Shown in pieces: positions 39,710-53,976 of a DNA stretch of 64,000 nt. Position 1 is the first letter of the stretch; each line of letters opens with the position of its first letter. Location of the stretch: the NCBI RefSeq assembly GCF_009914755.1, contig NC_060927.1. One strand, written 5' to 3'. Source of the DNA: the human T2T-CHM13v2.0 reference genome, Homo sapiens. Made by a program: the position numbers and the translations under genes. The notes under the pieces were generated by a model. It saw nothing but the letters and a program-made list of their open reading frames with translations, was not told where the DNA came from and ran no database searches.

Positions 39710-41214
39710 GCATAGCCAAAAAGGCTGAAGAGTTGTGATGGGGAAAGGATATAGAGGAAAAAAAACTGGAAAGGTGCAGTAGGAAAGAAAAAATAAAGGC
39801 ATGACTGCTTTTGTTGTTATTGTTGTGTTGGCCATTTGGGCAAAAGGAAGATAAGAGAAAAACTCTTCTGCTTCTGGGAATTAGAAATACCCCTTTAAAA
39901 ACGTTTTTAAACCTAAATATCTTAGCCTTACCAGTCTGAGGCTATAAAATTAATATTCAATTATGATGTTTGAACTCCCAGTCTGTTTAACTTTGTAAAG
40001 TCTTACCTTTTACCAAGTTTCCCTTCCAAAACATTGCGAGGAATATGAAAATGAATGGTAAATCTGACTTCTTCTGCCTGCCACCCCACACTCTACCCAG
40101 GCCTCTGATTACCCAGCCATGCTCCTTCTCCTCCTCAGACGGCTTTCCTCAGGTGGCTGCAGCTTGGCTCAAACCCCTTCACTCTCAATATCCTCCCTCC
40201 TAGCATCTTCCCCACATTCTCATGGTGGAAGCCGGGAAATCTGCAACTTTAAAGAGAGTTTTACAGATGGTTTGGAGATAGTGAGACACAACCTGAAGAA
40301 TAACTCATATCGACCATTAGATGTGTTCGTGCTCTGAGTGCACGGACCCAAGTCTTCCTTTAATGTGCTTTAATAGTTCAGACAGCCCTAACTTACACCT
40401 TATCTGTCTCCTTAAAGCAGAAGCAAGCATTCCTCCCTCACCCTGACCTAAACAGCTCCAGGCATCTCTGTGTCTCAGTACCAAACTGTCAAAAGAACCC
40501 AGGAAAAGGGAAACAGTTTGCCAGTAATGTCAACTTCAGGTGACACTCAACCTCCTCAGCTACTCAACACTCAATACTCAACCACCTCCTGTGTGGTCAC
40601 TTATTGCCCCAGAATTGATCTCTCAATGGGAAGATTCTCTTCTTGTGCAGCTATCCCAGCCATTGTGGTATTGTCTTAAATATTTTTGCTCAAATATTAT
40701 GAATATACTATATTTCACACACCTTTAATAACTCCAAGGGTAGGTAATGACTGCAACGTAGACCAGACCATACATATGCACATTTACATCCCCACAAGAA
40801 CAAGCACATCAATGTGGGATCATGTCTTTCTCAGTCTTTGACCATTTCCTAGAGCCTCTTTCTCTCTTTCTCCTCTGCTGGTTGGGCTTGGGGTATACCC
40901 ATGATGTTACCTACTTTTCCAGAATTATTTTAAGTGCATTCCCTTTTATTTTCAATATTTTCCAATTTTGATAATAAACTACATTGTCATTTCAGATCGA
41001 TGGGGATTAACTGTGATGATGAAATGAGGCATATTAACAAAGGCCCTTGCCATCACTTCCTATACTATTGTATAAGCCTTTTACCTAAAATGTCTGTTTC
41101 CACTATTAGCTACCATTCATTTATTTAACAAATATTGTTAAGCACTTACTATACAGTTGGATTTTTCTCAACACTGTGTATATAATAATAAAACAATCAA
41201 GATTAGTACTTTCA

Positions 41215-41378
41215 AGCCCAGCATGGTGGCTTGCTCATATAATCCCAACATTTTGGGAGGCTGAGGTGGGAGGATCACTGGAGCTCAGGAGTTCGAGGCT
41301 GCAGTGAGCTGTGATTATACCACTGCACTTCAGTCTGGATGACAGAGAGACATCCCACCTCTACATTTTTTTTAAGAA
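41215..41378 (+). mobile_element. Free Alu monomer (FRAM-like) inserted in an L2 fragment
   Basis: Single monomer ending 'ccactgcacttcagtctggatgacagag'; 16-bp TSD aagattagtactttca / aaggttactactttca at 41199-41214 and 41379-41394. Confidence 0.85.
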
Positions 41379-41477
41379 AAGGTTACTACTTTCACAAAGC
41401 CTACATTCTAGGGGACCAGAATAAAATATTTTACAACAAAAATGTGATCATAACACTTCCCTTTCCAAAACCTTTTA

Positions 41478-42275
<798 letters not shown>

Positions 42276-42657
42276 TTAGAAACTGGAGGACAGTAATATG
42301 TGTAAAACACAAGATTTTTATAAGAATCTTTCATAAGAGGTTGTCAAGAATAGCAGAGAATGTGATCAACAATGTGCAGTGGTTTTCATAGAGGGCTGCA
42401 AAAATCTAAAAGTTTGGTAAATATAAAGTAAATAACAAAATATCAAAGAACAATGGTGAAAAAGTATTTATTATGTTGGTATCAAACATGAATGCATGAA
42501 TGTTTAAGTTATGAAAGAAATACATTCTATTCCCTTAAGACCATACCTTGTGGTGGAGTCATGTAATATCTGCAAATATGCTAGGACATTGTATGCCAAT
42601 TTGACTGTGTTTCTCCCCTCTATAGATGGGTGAGGAAAAGAAAATGTCAAGGGTTAA

Positions 42658-43030
42658 GATTAAGAAAATGTGGCACATAGACACCATGGAGTACTATGCA
42701 GCCATAAAAAATGATGAGTTCATGTCCTTTGTAGGGACATGGATGAAGCTGGAAACCATCATTCTCAGCAAACTATCGCAAGGACAAAAAACCAAACACT
42801 GCATGTTCTCACTCATAGGTGGGAATTCAACAATGAGAACACTTGGACACAGGAAGGGGAACATCACACACCCAGGCCTGTTGTAGGGCAGGGGGAGGGA
42901 TAGCATTAGGAGATATACCTAATGTAAATGACGAGTTAATGGGTGCAGCACACCAACATGGCATATGTATACATATGTAACAAACCTGCATGGTGTGCAC
43001 ATGTACCCTAGAACTTAAAGTATAATAAAA
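42658..43030 (+). mobile_element. 5'-truncated L1PA (L1PA4/5-like) 3' end
   Basis: Encodes the ORF2p C-terminus KKMWHIDTMEYYAAIKNDEFMSFVGTWMKLETIILSKL; 3'UTR ends 'accctagaacttaaagtataataaaa'. Confidence 0.95.
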
Positions 43031-43150
43031 ATATATATTATATATATATAAAAAGAAAGAAGGAAAGAAAAATGGAGTCAAGGACGGAGGAAGAGAGAGA
43101 GGGAAGGAGAAAGAAAAATGTAGCAATTGAAAGAAAATAATAAAAAAAAA
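43031..43150. repeat. (TA)n and GA-rich low-complexity tail
   Basis: Read directly after the L1 poly(A) signal. Confidence 0.7.
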
Positions 43151-44320
43151 GTCAAGGGGACAATGCAAGGTTATTCATACAGTCCTCTCCAAGTAAAGTA
43201 AAACTTTTTATTCAGTAAAACTGAATACAAGTAAAAACACAGCATGGAGGTGTATTTCCCAATTTTCCAACCCAGATGATGAATTGAGCACATAATTTTA
43301 CCTCCCTTCCAAGAAAACTCCCATCAAATCGGAATGAAGAAATGCATACAAAAAATAAGAAAATCCAAACATTGCTGGAAAATAGAAATGAGTATAATTG
43401 TTGAATTTGAAAGTTCAGAGACTTTCTGAAAGATAAGAGACAACATGATGTTAATTTCAATGCTAGAACAAACAGACTCAGGAGAGAATAGCAGCCGAGG
43501 TATCTATCACTCTTCCTAGGACCTCCAAGGAACTCCAAAGAAGGATCATTTGCAGGTCTTTGCCTCATTAATCTTGGCTTGGCTACAGAATTAGACCCTT
43601 AGCTCTAAACGAAATATGTATTTCAATAGCGGAAGTAGAGGGTAGAATCCAGCAAGGAGAGCAAAGCAAAACCCCACATAAGTTGGAACTCGTACTTAAG
43701 TATATTAAAAAAATGGAGAGTAATAAAGACACAAAGAAAGAAATGAACAAACAATAGTGCTTTGTATGTCTTCAAATTTTATATGAATGAATTCATATTG
43801 TATCCACCCACAAGTGACCTTTTTCACTAATTTTGTTTTTGTTTCAAATGCCCATTTTGATACACTGTATTCCAGAATAATCGTCTCAAATCTTGGTCAA
43901 GATTTTTGCCTCTGGTCCATCTTAATTTTTTTTAGTAAGCTGACATGCATATTAAATGTTTATAACCATGCCTAGCACATAGTTAATACTCAATAAAACT
44001 TATCTATCATTACTATTTTCATCATTTATTATAACTTATTTGTATGAATATACCACCATTTATTCATTTCCCTTTTGATAAACCTTTAAATTTTATTCAA
44101 TATTTTACTTGTTAGAAAAAATTATAATGAACATACTTGTATTTTTTTGTATGTATGTGTAAGAATATCTTATACCTGGTAGTGAATTATTTTACTGAAG
44201 ACTGTGACACATTGCTACAGTACTGACTCTAAACGAATCACACCTCTCTGTGTCCATGCATATTGTTTCTGCCCGTATTGGCTTGGCTTGTCCATGTGAC
44301 TTTTTTGGGCAATAGATCAT

Positions 44321-44620
44321 TGCTGACAGATAATTCTCTATTGGCTTCTCATATTTCTGCACATCTTACAAGCAACTTACTGATTGGCCTTTTGTTTCAG
44401 CCTGTCTCTTCAAGGGTTTGTAGAGCAAACAGCTTTAGAAGATAAAGATAGTGTCTCCTTGCAGTGCAAAGGACAGATGTTGTTAACATCCAGTATCACA
44501 GAGGTGATGTCTTCCTTTGGGGCAAAGGGCAGCCTTCCTTATATTGCAGCTTGTTATAAAAGATTCAGGTTCCCACAAGCTCAGAGTTTCTCAGCTGTCA
44601 ATGAAACCCACTGCATGTGG
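44321..44620 (+). mobile_element. LTR40-like ERVL LTR fragment, preceded by an MLT1 fragment (~44213-44320)
   Basis: 'catatttctgcacatcttacaagc', 'gaagataaagatagtgtctcc', 'ttataaaagattcaggttccc' match recalled LTR40. Confidence 0.7.
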
Positions 44621-44624
44621 TATA

Positions 44625-45665
44625 CAGGAATGCTATTGATTTTTGCCTATTGACTAATTTCCAGCAACATTATTGAATTCTTTGCTTAATTATAACAGAT
44701 TGAAAAAGATCTTCTAGAATTGTCTATGTGCTTAGTCATATTATCTTTAGAAAATAAGAATTCAATTATTCCTTTCAAAACCTTATCATGTATATGTGTT
44801 ACTTCTTGCCTCTTAACAAAGACTAGGACCTGTAATGTTGTGTTGAATAAGAGGAGTAACATCAAGTAACTTTAAGATCTTTCTCACTTTACAAAAATGT
44901 TTCTGTATTTCATGTGGCACATACTCCCAGGTAGGTTTTTGACAGAGAACTTTATGAAGGTAAGGAAGGTGTCTTCTATTCTTAGTTGGCCTTAAATGTT
45001 GTAACACAAATGGGTGTTAAATTAAGTTGGATGATTTTCCATGAATCTATTGATAAAATAATATTTTTTGGTTTTAATCAGTGCTGTTTATGTGAAACTG
45101 TCCTTGCATTTCTGAGAAAAACACTATTTGGCAGCTTCTTCATTCGGTTTTGCTTAGTTCCCAGAATGCATTGTAAAATATTCTCTATTTAAATTTTCTT
45201 TGTAAAAGTGAACATAGGACAGGTGATAATTTCACTAAAAGTTTGGCAAACACTAGCCTGTGGAACTGTGTTAGTCTGAGGTCATTTTGTTAATACATTT
45301 TGACAAATGAATAATGATTATAAGTTTATTCTAGTTTGTAATTACTTTATAAATTAGTAACTTTGGCACTTCTGAAAATTATGTATATTTTCTACTTTTT
45401 AAAAATTATTACTAAAGAGTACGTATTGTTTTCTTATTATTTTAAACTCCATTTACATTTTGCCATACACTTTTTAAAATTCCTAATATTATTAGTACTT
45501 TCTTCTTTCCCCTCTAGCTGTTGTCAAATGACTATTTCACTTGTCTTTTAAAATAACCATGCTTTGATTTTGGTTGCTACATTTAACAAAATTGGTGATA
45601 TTTCAACAATCTTGACTCTTACTTCTATTTTTTTCTTTTGTAATGTTGTTTTGAATTTACTTTGC
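44625..45665 (-). mobile_element. Old L1M ORF2 fragment
   Basis: 'ttccagcaacattattgaattc', 'taaggaaggtgtcttctattcttagtt', 'tccttgcatttctg'. Confidence 0.65.
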
Positions 45666-45669
45666 TATT

Positions 45670-48285
45670 ATAGTTATAGACACTGAGATGTGCTTGACAC
45701 AAAATAAAGTGAACATAGAAAAGTTTACAATTGGATGCATTTTCACATACGTATGTACCTGTGAACAATCATCATAATCAAAATATTGAACATTTCTGTC
45801 GCCCTAAGAGGTTCCTCGCACCCTTTTGTAATGCACCTGTCATTTTCCTCAATATTGCATGATCTCCCAGAAAACCACTGGTATGCATCCCATCAATATG
45901 GATTATTTTTCATCTCTAAAATTTTATATAAGTAAAAACAGAGTTTTCACTTTTTGGCCTGGCTTCTTTCACTGAGCATATTTCTTTTGAAATTCATCTA
46001 TGCTAAGACATGTGTCTATAGCTTGTTCTTACTGCTGAGTATTATTTTGATTTAACAGATTATACAACACTTTGTTAATCCATTCAATATTGAAAGACTT
46101 TGAGTTGCCTCCAGTTTCTGCCTATTACAAATAAAGCTGCCACAAAGATTAGTGTGTATAGGTGTTTCTTTTGGCTAAGTATCTAGGAATGCAATGACTA
46201 TTTCACATGATATAGCCAGGTTTAAATTTTTACAAAAATGCCAAACTGTTTTGCAAAGTAGTTGTACTATTTTATATCTCCGCAAGCAGTGTATTAGAAT
46301 TTCAGTTGCTACAATTTCATGTCAGCACTTGGTAGGAAGAGCCTTTTAAATTTTATCTGTTTTAGAAGGTGGAGTAGTTATCTCATAGTGGTTTTAATTC
46401 GCACTGATCTAATTACCAGTTAAGCCTCTTCTCATGTACCTATTTTAAATCCTCTTTTTTAGTGGAGTGTCTATTCAAATATTTTTCTATTTTGTTGTCA
46501 TATTGGATTGTAATTGTTCTTTAAATATTATAGACACAAATCTTTCCTCAGATAAAAGTTTTATAGGTACATTTTCACAGTATATAGCTGTTCTTTATAA
46601 TTTCTTAACTAACTTTTGAAAAGCAGTTTTTCTGGTGAAATACAATGTATTATGTTTTTATAGCTTATTCTTTTTTATCTCATACTTAAAAATCTTTGCT
46701 TAACTCACAGTCATTAAGGTTTTCTCCTATACTTTCCTTTAGAAATTACAGAATTTTAGATCTTATATTTAGATCTATGATCCATGTTAAGTATTACATG
46801 TAATATGAGGTAAGAGTGAAAAACTTTTTTTTTTTTTTGCATTTGGATATCAAACACCCTGTCTTGAAAGATTGTCCTTTACTCATTAAATTGACATAGC
46901 ACTGTTCTTAAAATCAAATGACATTATGTGTGAGAATTTATTTTGAAGGGTTTTTTTTCTCTGACTACCTAATTATGTCTTTATGCCCATGCTGTGATGT
47001 GGAGATAGGTGTAGCATTATATTAAGTTTTGAATAAAATACTGTAACTCTTCCAAATTTGTTCATAATTTTTAAAATTGTTTTTAATATTATAGATCTTT
47101 GACTTTTTCATAGAACTTTTATAATTTGTCAATTTCTACAAAATAAAACAATTTCTAGGACTTTTAATCAGTTTTGCATTGAATATACAGATAGACTTTG
47201 AGAGAATTGACATCTTGACAATATTAAGTATTCCAAACCATGATCAGTTCTCTCAATTTATGTCATTTTATTTTTCTCAGCAATACAGGCACTTCTTGAC
47301 TTGCAATGGGGTCATATTGTTAATATATTTTGACAAATGAAAAATTATTATGTTTATTCTAGATTTTAATTGCTTTACAAATTATCTGTATTTTCTATGT
47401 TTTAAAAATTATTACTAAAGAGTACTTTTTTATTATTTTAACCTCTATATACAATGAGGTTCAGGCCCTAATAAATTCATCATAAATTGAGGAGAGTAGT
47501 AAATGCGTATTGCTTTTGTACCACTGTAAGTTTAGAAAATCCTAAGTCAAACCATTGTAAGTCAGAAACCATCTATATTTTATAGTTCTCAAATTGCGAG
47601 TTTTGTACATATTTTGTTAAAATAATTCCTATTTCACGTTTAAATAATATTTAAAAGGAATTATTTTTCAATTTTGACCTCTACTGTTTATTGCTAGTAT
47701 ATATACAATCATTGCTTGTTATTACGATCTTCATCCTGCAACATTAATTCTAGAAGCTTTTTTAATCTACTTCTTAGAATTTTCTACACAAATAATTATG
47801 TTGTCTGCAACTAAAGAGAATTTCACCTCTTCCTCTAAAATCTAGATTTATCTTATTTTGTTTTCTTTTTATTTTTCCTGTCTTTTTGAACTAGCTTCAA
47901 ACTCCAGTTCTATGTTTAATAGAAGTGGAAATAGACATTCTCACTTTTCTCTGATTTTAGAAAGAATACGTTCAGCTTTCACCAACAAGTATGATGCTAG
48001 CTGCAAGGTTTACACACATGCTTTTTAAAAGGTTGAGGAAGTTCACTTCTGTCTTATATTTGCAGTGAATTTTTAGTCAAAGAATTGATGGTTTTTTTAA
48101 AATGATTTATCTATACATATTACAATGATCATATGGTTTTTCCTTTTATATCATTTAATGTAGTGGATATTGGTTGATTTCAGAATGCCAAATTAACCTT
48201 ATATTCCAAGTATAAGCCAAGGTGTATTACTTTCATATATTTTGTTAATGAAATTTGCTAAAAATTTTGTTAAGAATATTTTTGT
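45670..48285 (-). mobile_element. L1MC-like 3' end and ORF2, interrupted by MER47
   Basis: 'acctgtgaacaatcatcataatcaaaatattgaacatt', 'ctattacaaataaagctgc', 'ttgcattgaatatacagat...gagaattgacatctt'. Confidence 0.8.
47286..47575 (+). mobile_element. MER47-like (TcMar-Tigger) MITE, internally deleted, carrying a foreign insert
   Basis: TA|caggcacttcttgacttgcaatgggg ... aaaccattgtaagtcagaaaccatcta|TA; TIRs and TA TSD; host L1 is contiguous across it. Confidence 0.75.
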
Positions 48286-48304
48286 GGCCAGGTGCAGTGA
48301 CTCA
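48286..48304 (+). mobile_element. 19-bp Alu 5' stub
   Basis: GGCCAGGTGCAGTGACTCA matches the Alu start with CpG decay. Confidence 0.6.
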
Positions 48305-49925
48305 TTAATTTTATTGTTGTTGCATTTGCTTTGGGGGTCTTAGTCATAAATTTTTTACCCCGGCCAATGTCCAGAAAAATTTTTCCTACGTTTGCTTCTG
48401 GAAATTTTATGGCTTCAGATCATTTAAGTCTTTAATCCACCTTGAGTTAATTTTTCTATATGGAGAGAGATAGGAATCCAGTTTCATTCTTCTGCATGTG
48501 GCTATCCAATTTTCCCAGCACTATTTATTAAATAGGGTGTCCTTTTCTTAGTACACGTTTTTGTCAACTATGTGAAAGATCAGATGGTTGTAGGTTTGTG
48601 GCTTTATTTCTACATGCTCTGTTCTATTCTATCAGTCTATGCATGTACCTTTATACAAGTATTATGCTGTTTTGGTTACTATAGCCTTGTAATGTGATTT
48701 GAGGTTGGGTAATGTGATGCCTCCAGATTTGTTCTTTTCGCTTGGGATTGCATTGATTATTCAGGCCCTTTTTGGGGTTCCATATTTGTTTTAGGATTTT
48801 TTTTTCTAATTATGTGAAAAATGACATTGATATTTTGGTAGCAATTGCATTGAATCTGTAGATTACTTTGGGCAGCATGGCCATTTTCACAATATTGATT
48901 TTTCCAATCCATGAGCATTTGACTTTTTTTATTTATTTGTGTCATCTATGATTTCTTTTAACAGTGTTTTATAGTTTTCCTTATACTTCCTTATACAGGT
49001 GTTTCACTTTCTTAGTTGAGTTTATTCCTGGGTATTTTTTTTTAACTATTGTAAATAGAATCAAGTTTTTGATTTAATTGTCAGGTTGGTCCTTATTGCT
49101 ATATAACATTGTGATTGATTTGTCTACACTGATTGCATAATATAAACTTTACTGAATTCATTTACCAAATCTAGGAGTCTTTTCAAGGATTCCTTAGGGT
49201 TTTTGGCATTACATCATCAGCAGATGAGATAGTTTGATTTTCTCTTTTCCAGTTCGGATGTCCTTTATTACTCTTGCTTGATTGCTCCGGCTAGGACTTC
49301 TAATAGTCTGTTAAATAGAAGTGGTGAAAGTAAGCATCCTCGTCTTGTTACAGTTCTGAACAGGAATGTTTTCAACTTTTCTCCATTCAGTGTAATGCTG
49401 GCTGTGGGTTTGTCATATACGGCTTTCATTAATTTTTAGATATGGTCTTCCTATGCGTAGTTGGTTGAGGATTTTTATCATGATAGAATGCTGAATTTTA
49501 CGAAATTCTTTTTCTGTGTCTATTGAGATGATCATATGCTTTTTTTTAAAATTCTGTTTATGTGGTGAATCATATTTATTGACTTGCATGTGCTGAACCA
49601 TCCTTGCATCCCTTGGATGAAACCCATTGGTTCATGGTGAATTATCTTTTTGATGTGCCTGTTGGATTCAGTTTGCCAGTATTTTCTTGAAGACTCTTGC
49701 ATTTATATTTGCCACGGATATTGGCCTGTAGTTTTTTTGTTTGTTTGTTTCGTTTCCTTTCCTAGCTTTGGTATCGAGGTGATACTGGATTCACAGAATG
49801 AGTTAGCGAGGATTTTCTCCTTCTTGATCTTTTGGAAGAGTTTCAGTAGAATTAGTACCAGTTCTTCTTTGAACATCTGGTAGAATTTGGCTGTGAATCC
49901 ATTTGGTCTGGCTTTTTTTTTTTCC
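48305..49925 (-). mobile_element. L1PB/L1MA ORF2 fragment including the RT region
   Basis: ORF 49413-49601 contains [18 protein letters not shown], matching L1 RT KNHMIISIDAEKAFDKIQH; 'gtaatgtgatgcctccagatttgttcttt'. Confidence 0.9.
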
Positions 49926-49929
49926 GTAT

Positions 49930-51240
49930 ATAATAGGTCTTTTCCTTACCTTTGTCTTCTTCTTTGAAGATTTTCTGTATCACTGGTTTAATACAACTTT
50001 ATTGTGACATGTGTTAGTGTAGATTTCTGCTGATTGTGGTTTACTGGGTTTCTTGGTTTTGTGGTTTTAGAATCCTATCATATTAGGAAAATTTTGGTCA
50101 TGTCTTAAAATAGCTTTATCTTTTTCCTCTCCTATGTTTTTGAAACTCCAGTGGCATATATATTAGGATGTTTGATATTTTCTCACAATTCATTACCATA
50201 CTGTTCCTTTCTGCCATGTCTTCAAGATCACTAATATTTTCTTCCAGAGTGTTTAATCCACCATTAAATCTGCCCAGTGTATTTTTTCACTTTATACAGG
50301 CTAATTTTTTCTAGCAGCTTAATTTGATTCCTTTGATATCATCCATATCTCTCTTTAACAAGCTCAAGTTTTCCTCTTCACTGTGAGCATATGGTATATA
50401 TTTATAATCTGTTTTATGTATATATTTATAATCTGTATTTAATTTATAATTTATAATCTGTTCTTTTCTGCTAATTCTCCAATGTCTGTTATTTCTTGTT
50501 CTATTTCTGATGATTGATTTTTCTCCTCATTATGGTTTGTATTTCTATGCTTCTTTTCATGCCAATTTTTTTTTATTTGATGCCAGCCTTTCTCAATTTT
50601 ATATTTTGAATACTAAATTTCTTTAAATAATTGTGGGCTTTGTTCTGTTATGCAGGTAGGGTACTTTGTAACATTTTGTTTAAGTCTTTTTTTTTTTTAA
50701 GATATTTTAGGTGAGTCCAGACAGCCTTTATACTAGTCATTGCCTAATAAGAACTCTGACTAATAAGAACATCAGCTCATCCTGGTGCTGTGTAAGGATT
50801 GTTCTACAGGCTTCTTTCTAATTGGAATTTGCCCAACCATGTTAGTTTCCACAACTACACGCACTCATCAGTACTCATCTGAAGACTCTGGGGGAATCCT
50901 ATGCAGATCCCTAGAGCTCTGTCTTCCTGTGCAGTTTTCTTTTGTCTAGTATTCTTTTCTGTGAATTTTCCTCATCTTGGCCTCCAAATACCTGAATTCT
51001 ATCCTGTTAACCACTTGGGATGAATTTATTTTCCTCTCCCTGCTCTGCATCCTGGAAAATCTCTTCAAACGTTGAGTTGGCGTAATCATACAGCTAACAT
51101 TATTTGTTTCTCTTTCCTCATATCTCACTGTATTGTCTGCCTACATTCCAATGTTTGAAAATTACGGCTTTATATATTTTGTTCAGTTTTATAATTATTT
51201 TACATTAACAGGTTAAATACAGTTCCTATTTCCATGTTCT
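49930..51240 (-). mobile_element. L1M ORF1/5' region fragment
   Basis: 'tcttcaagatcactaatattttcttc', 'atcagtactcatctgaagactc...cctatgcagatccctagagctct'. Confidence 0.6.
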
Positions 51241-52100
51241 GAAGCAAAAGTCTCAAACTTTATTATTCTTTTTATAATTGTCTTCTGACAAATGGATTTA
51301 AGGCTATATATGTCATCTAAAATAAAGCTTCATCCTGCAAGTCTGTTGTTCATGTCTAAATATTTCGTTATTTTGATTAGAATTTCCTATTTGATTCCTA
51401 AGTTATTAAAAGTAGGCTTTTGGATTCTAACTTTATTGAATTTTATTGACCAACTTCAATTACTATTTCTAATTATAATGCTTTCTTTTTAGAGAATTTG
51501 GTAAGCATAATTTTGGTTTGTGTTATTCATTAAGTTTTCTTATGACCTAATATGTGGTCAGTTTTATATGTGCTTTAAAATAATACTTATTCATTATTTG
51601 TTGCATGTAGTTTCTTTATAAAAACCAATTGTACTAAGCTTATTAATTTTTGTTCCATTTTTCTATATCTTCACTAATTTTCTCTTTTCATCATTGCTCA
51701 TATTCTGAATTAGCTGGTAAATGTTTACACTATGATAAGAAATCTATCACTCTCTCCTTGAAATTCTTTGCTTTTTTGCTTCATATATTTTAAGTCTATT
51801 TTTAGAGATATGAAATTCATGATCATTATGTACTCTATTCTATTTGTAATTAAGCATAATTAATTTATGTGCATATATGACTTCCTGACATTAACAAATT
51901 TATATATTTTTCAAAATACAGCATTTTACAAATAAAGTAGGGTTAAAAATAAATAACAATCAATCATATACCATTTGTATTTAATTTTATTGTGTGATAA
52001 GAAAGAATGAATTTGTAAATAGGATTACAATGGACGTGAGAATGGAATGAAATTTTAACTATTAAAGTGCTTTCATAAGGATAAAAATACTCTACCAATA

Positions 52101-52447
52101 CAGTCATGTGCTGTATAATGACATTTTTATCGAGACTGGTCGGCATATACAATGGTGATCTCATAAGATTATAATGCTGCATTTTTACTAGACATTTCCT
52201 ATGTTTAGAGATGCTCAGTTATACAAATACTTACTGTTGTGTTACCATTTCCTGCAGTGTTCAGAACATTAACATATTGTACAGGTTTGTAAACTAGGAG
52301 CAACAGGCTATAATATGTAACTTAATGTGTAGTAAGTTTTGTCATCCATGTTTGTGCAAATACAGTGTATGATGTTCACACAAGGAGATAATCTCCTAAC
52401 AATGTATTTCTCAGAACATATCCCCATCATTAAGTGACACATACCTG
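52101..52447 (+). mobile_element. Tigger3a (MER7A) MITE, full length
   Basis: TA|cagtcatgtgctgtataatgac ... cattaagtgacacatacctg|TA; internal sequence follows the recalled Tigger3a consensus. Confidence 0.88.
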
Positions 52448-53976
52448 TACTAGATATCACTGGTTCTGACTTGTTATTCTTGATTAGTCCACAAAAGTAC
52501 AAAGTCCACCCTTAGTTGGTAATTAAAAAATGGGAAAAAGGGAAGTAATTGATCTGCCAAAATAATTTTAAAAATCCATTTCAAAAACTAAAATATCGTA
52601 GAGGAACCACATAAATTCATGGATTAAGCCATTAAGGGTTAAATTAAAGCATACAGACTAACAAAAGACTCTCATTTTGTTAATGTGTATCTCTTTGACT
52701 TTCATAAAGAACAATTTAACTAGGTGGTTTTGTCATTATTAATGACTAATAATTCTAACTATTAATAACCTGTACATACATTTTGGCTATTTTATAAGTT
52801 TATTCATCTATTTTGTTACTAAGTGTTACAATATATTATATAACAATGTTATTAAACATTGCAAACATTTTATGATTTTAAGTTTCTTATGTTAATATTG
52901 GTAACTTTATAATATATATCAATTTTAATTTTTATACAAAATGTCAACCTGACTGTATGATTTTTCTTTCATACATAATATATCTTCCCTGAGCCCCATT
53001 TATTTTCTTCTAGACATTTTATGGTTCTCCCTCCTTTTCAGTTTTAACTATTTAACCATTTAGAATTAATCTTTCCCCCCAAATACAGCTTACTTTCAGT
53101 ATTGACTTCATATAAATTGTGTCACATTCTATATATCAATGTGGTCAGATCTATTTTTCTACTTTCTTTGTGTACTATTTATCAGTCAGTTTTTATGCAT
53201 ACCAATTTTAATGACTCTGGCATTCTAATACCATCTCAATGTTAACCAATACAAACTACCTCTCACTATTCTTTTCAGAATTTACAGAATCTTATAAACA
53301 TTAATTTTCAAGATGACCTTTAAAACTTTTTTAACTGTTCAAAAACATCCATTGATATTTTGACTGGAATTATATAATTGTATAAATTGTATTATATGGA
53401 GAGTTAATATTCTTAGTATTGAATCTTGGTATTTGCCTCACTATATTCATTATTTTTGATAAGTTTTTTTGCACTTATCTTACATCTCTCATTAGGTCTA
53501 TTTGTATATATTTTATATTTATTATTGCTTATTATTAAAGTGGATATATAACTTGCTATTCAAACCATTGGAATTTAATAGTGAAAGGAAACACTATTAA
53601 TAATTACAATAATTACTCTTAAATAACAGGCATAAATTGAATCTTATAGCTATTATTAACATGCTTGTTTTTCTATCTTATGTTCTAACAGGTTAATGCA
53701 ACTGAATAAGAAGGAAATGCTGTATATGTACATATTTTTTTACATAAGCAAACCTCTCTATTTCTACTCTGTGATAATTTATAGTGAATGCTCTTAGTTT
53801 TTCAAATTATCAAACACGTTACTTACATATAATGATAATTTTGACATCACCTCTTAAAAATTACACCATTAATTTATTTTTCTTTACGTATTGCATCATA
53901 TAGAACTTCCATAAAGTTATTAAATACTGGTAGTGGAAAAGGGTATTTTTTTTGTTGTTCCCTGAGTTTATTGGAA

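Noticed and set aside
42635-43160. Possible TSD for the L1PA (aaaatgtcaaggg versus aaaagtcaaggg), implying a 3' transduction
   Set aside because: The match is short, A-rich and not flush with the L1 5' junction, so it cannot be supported.
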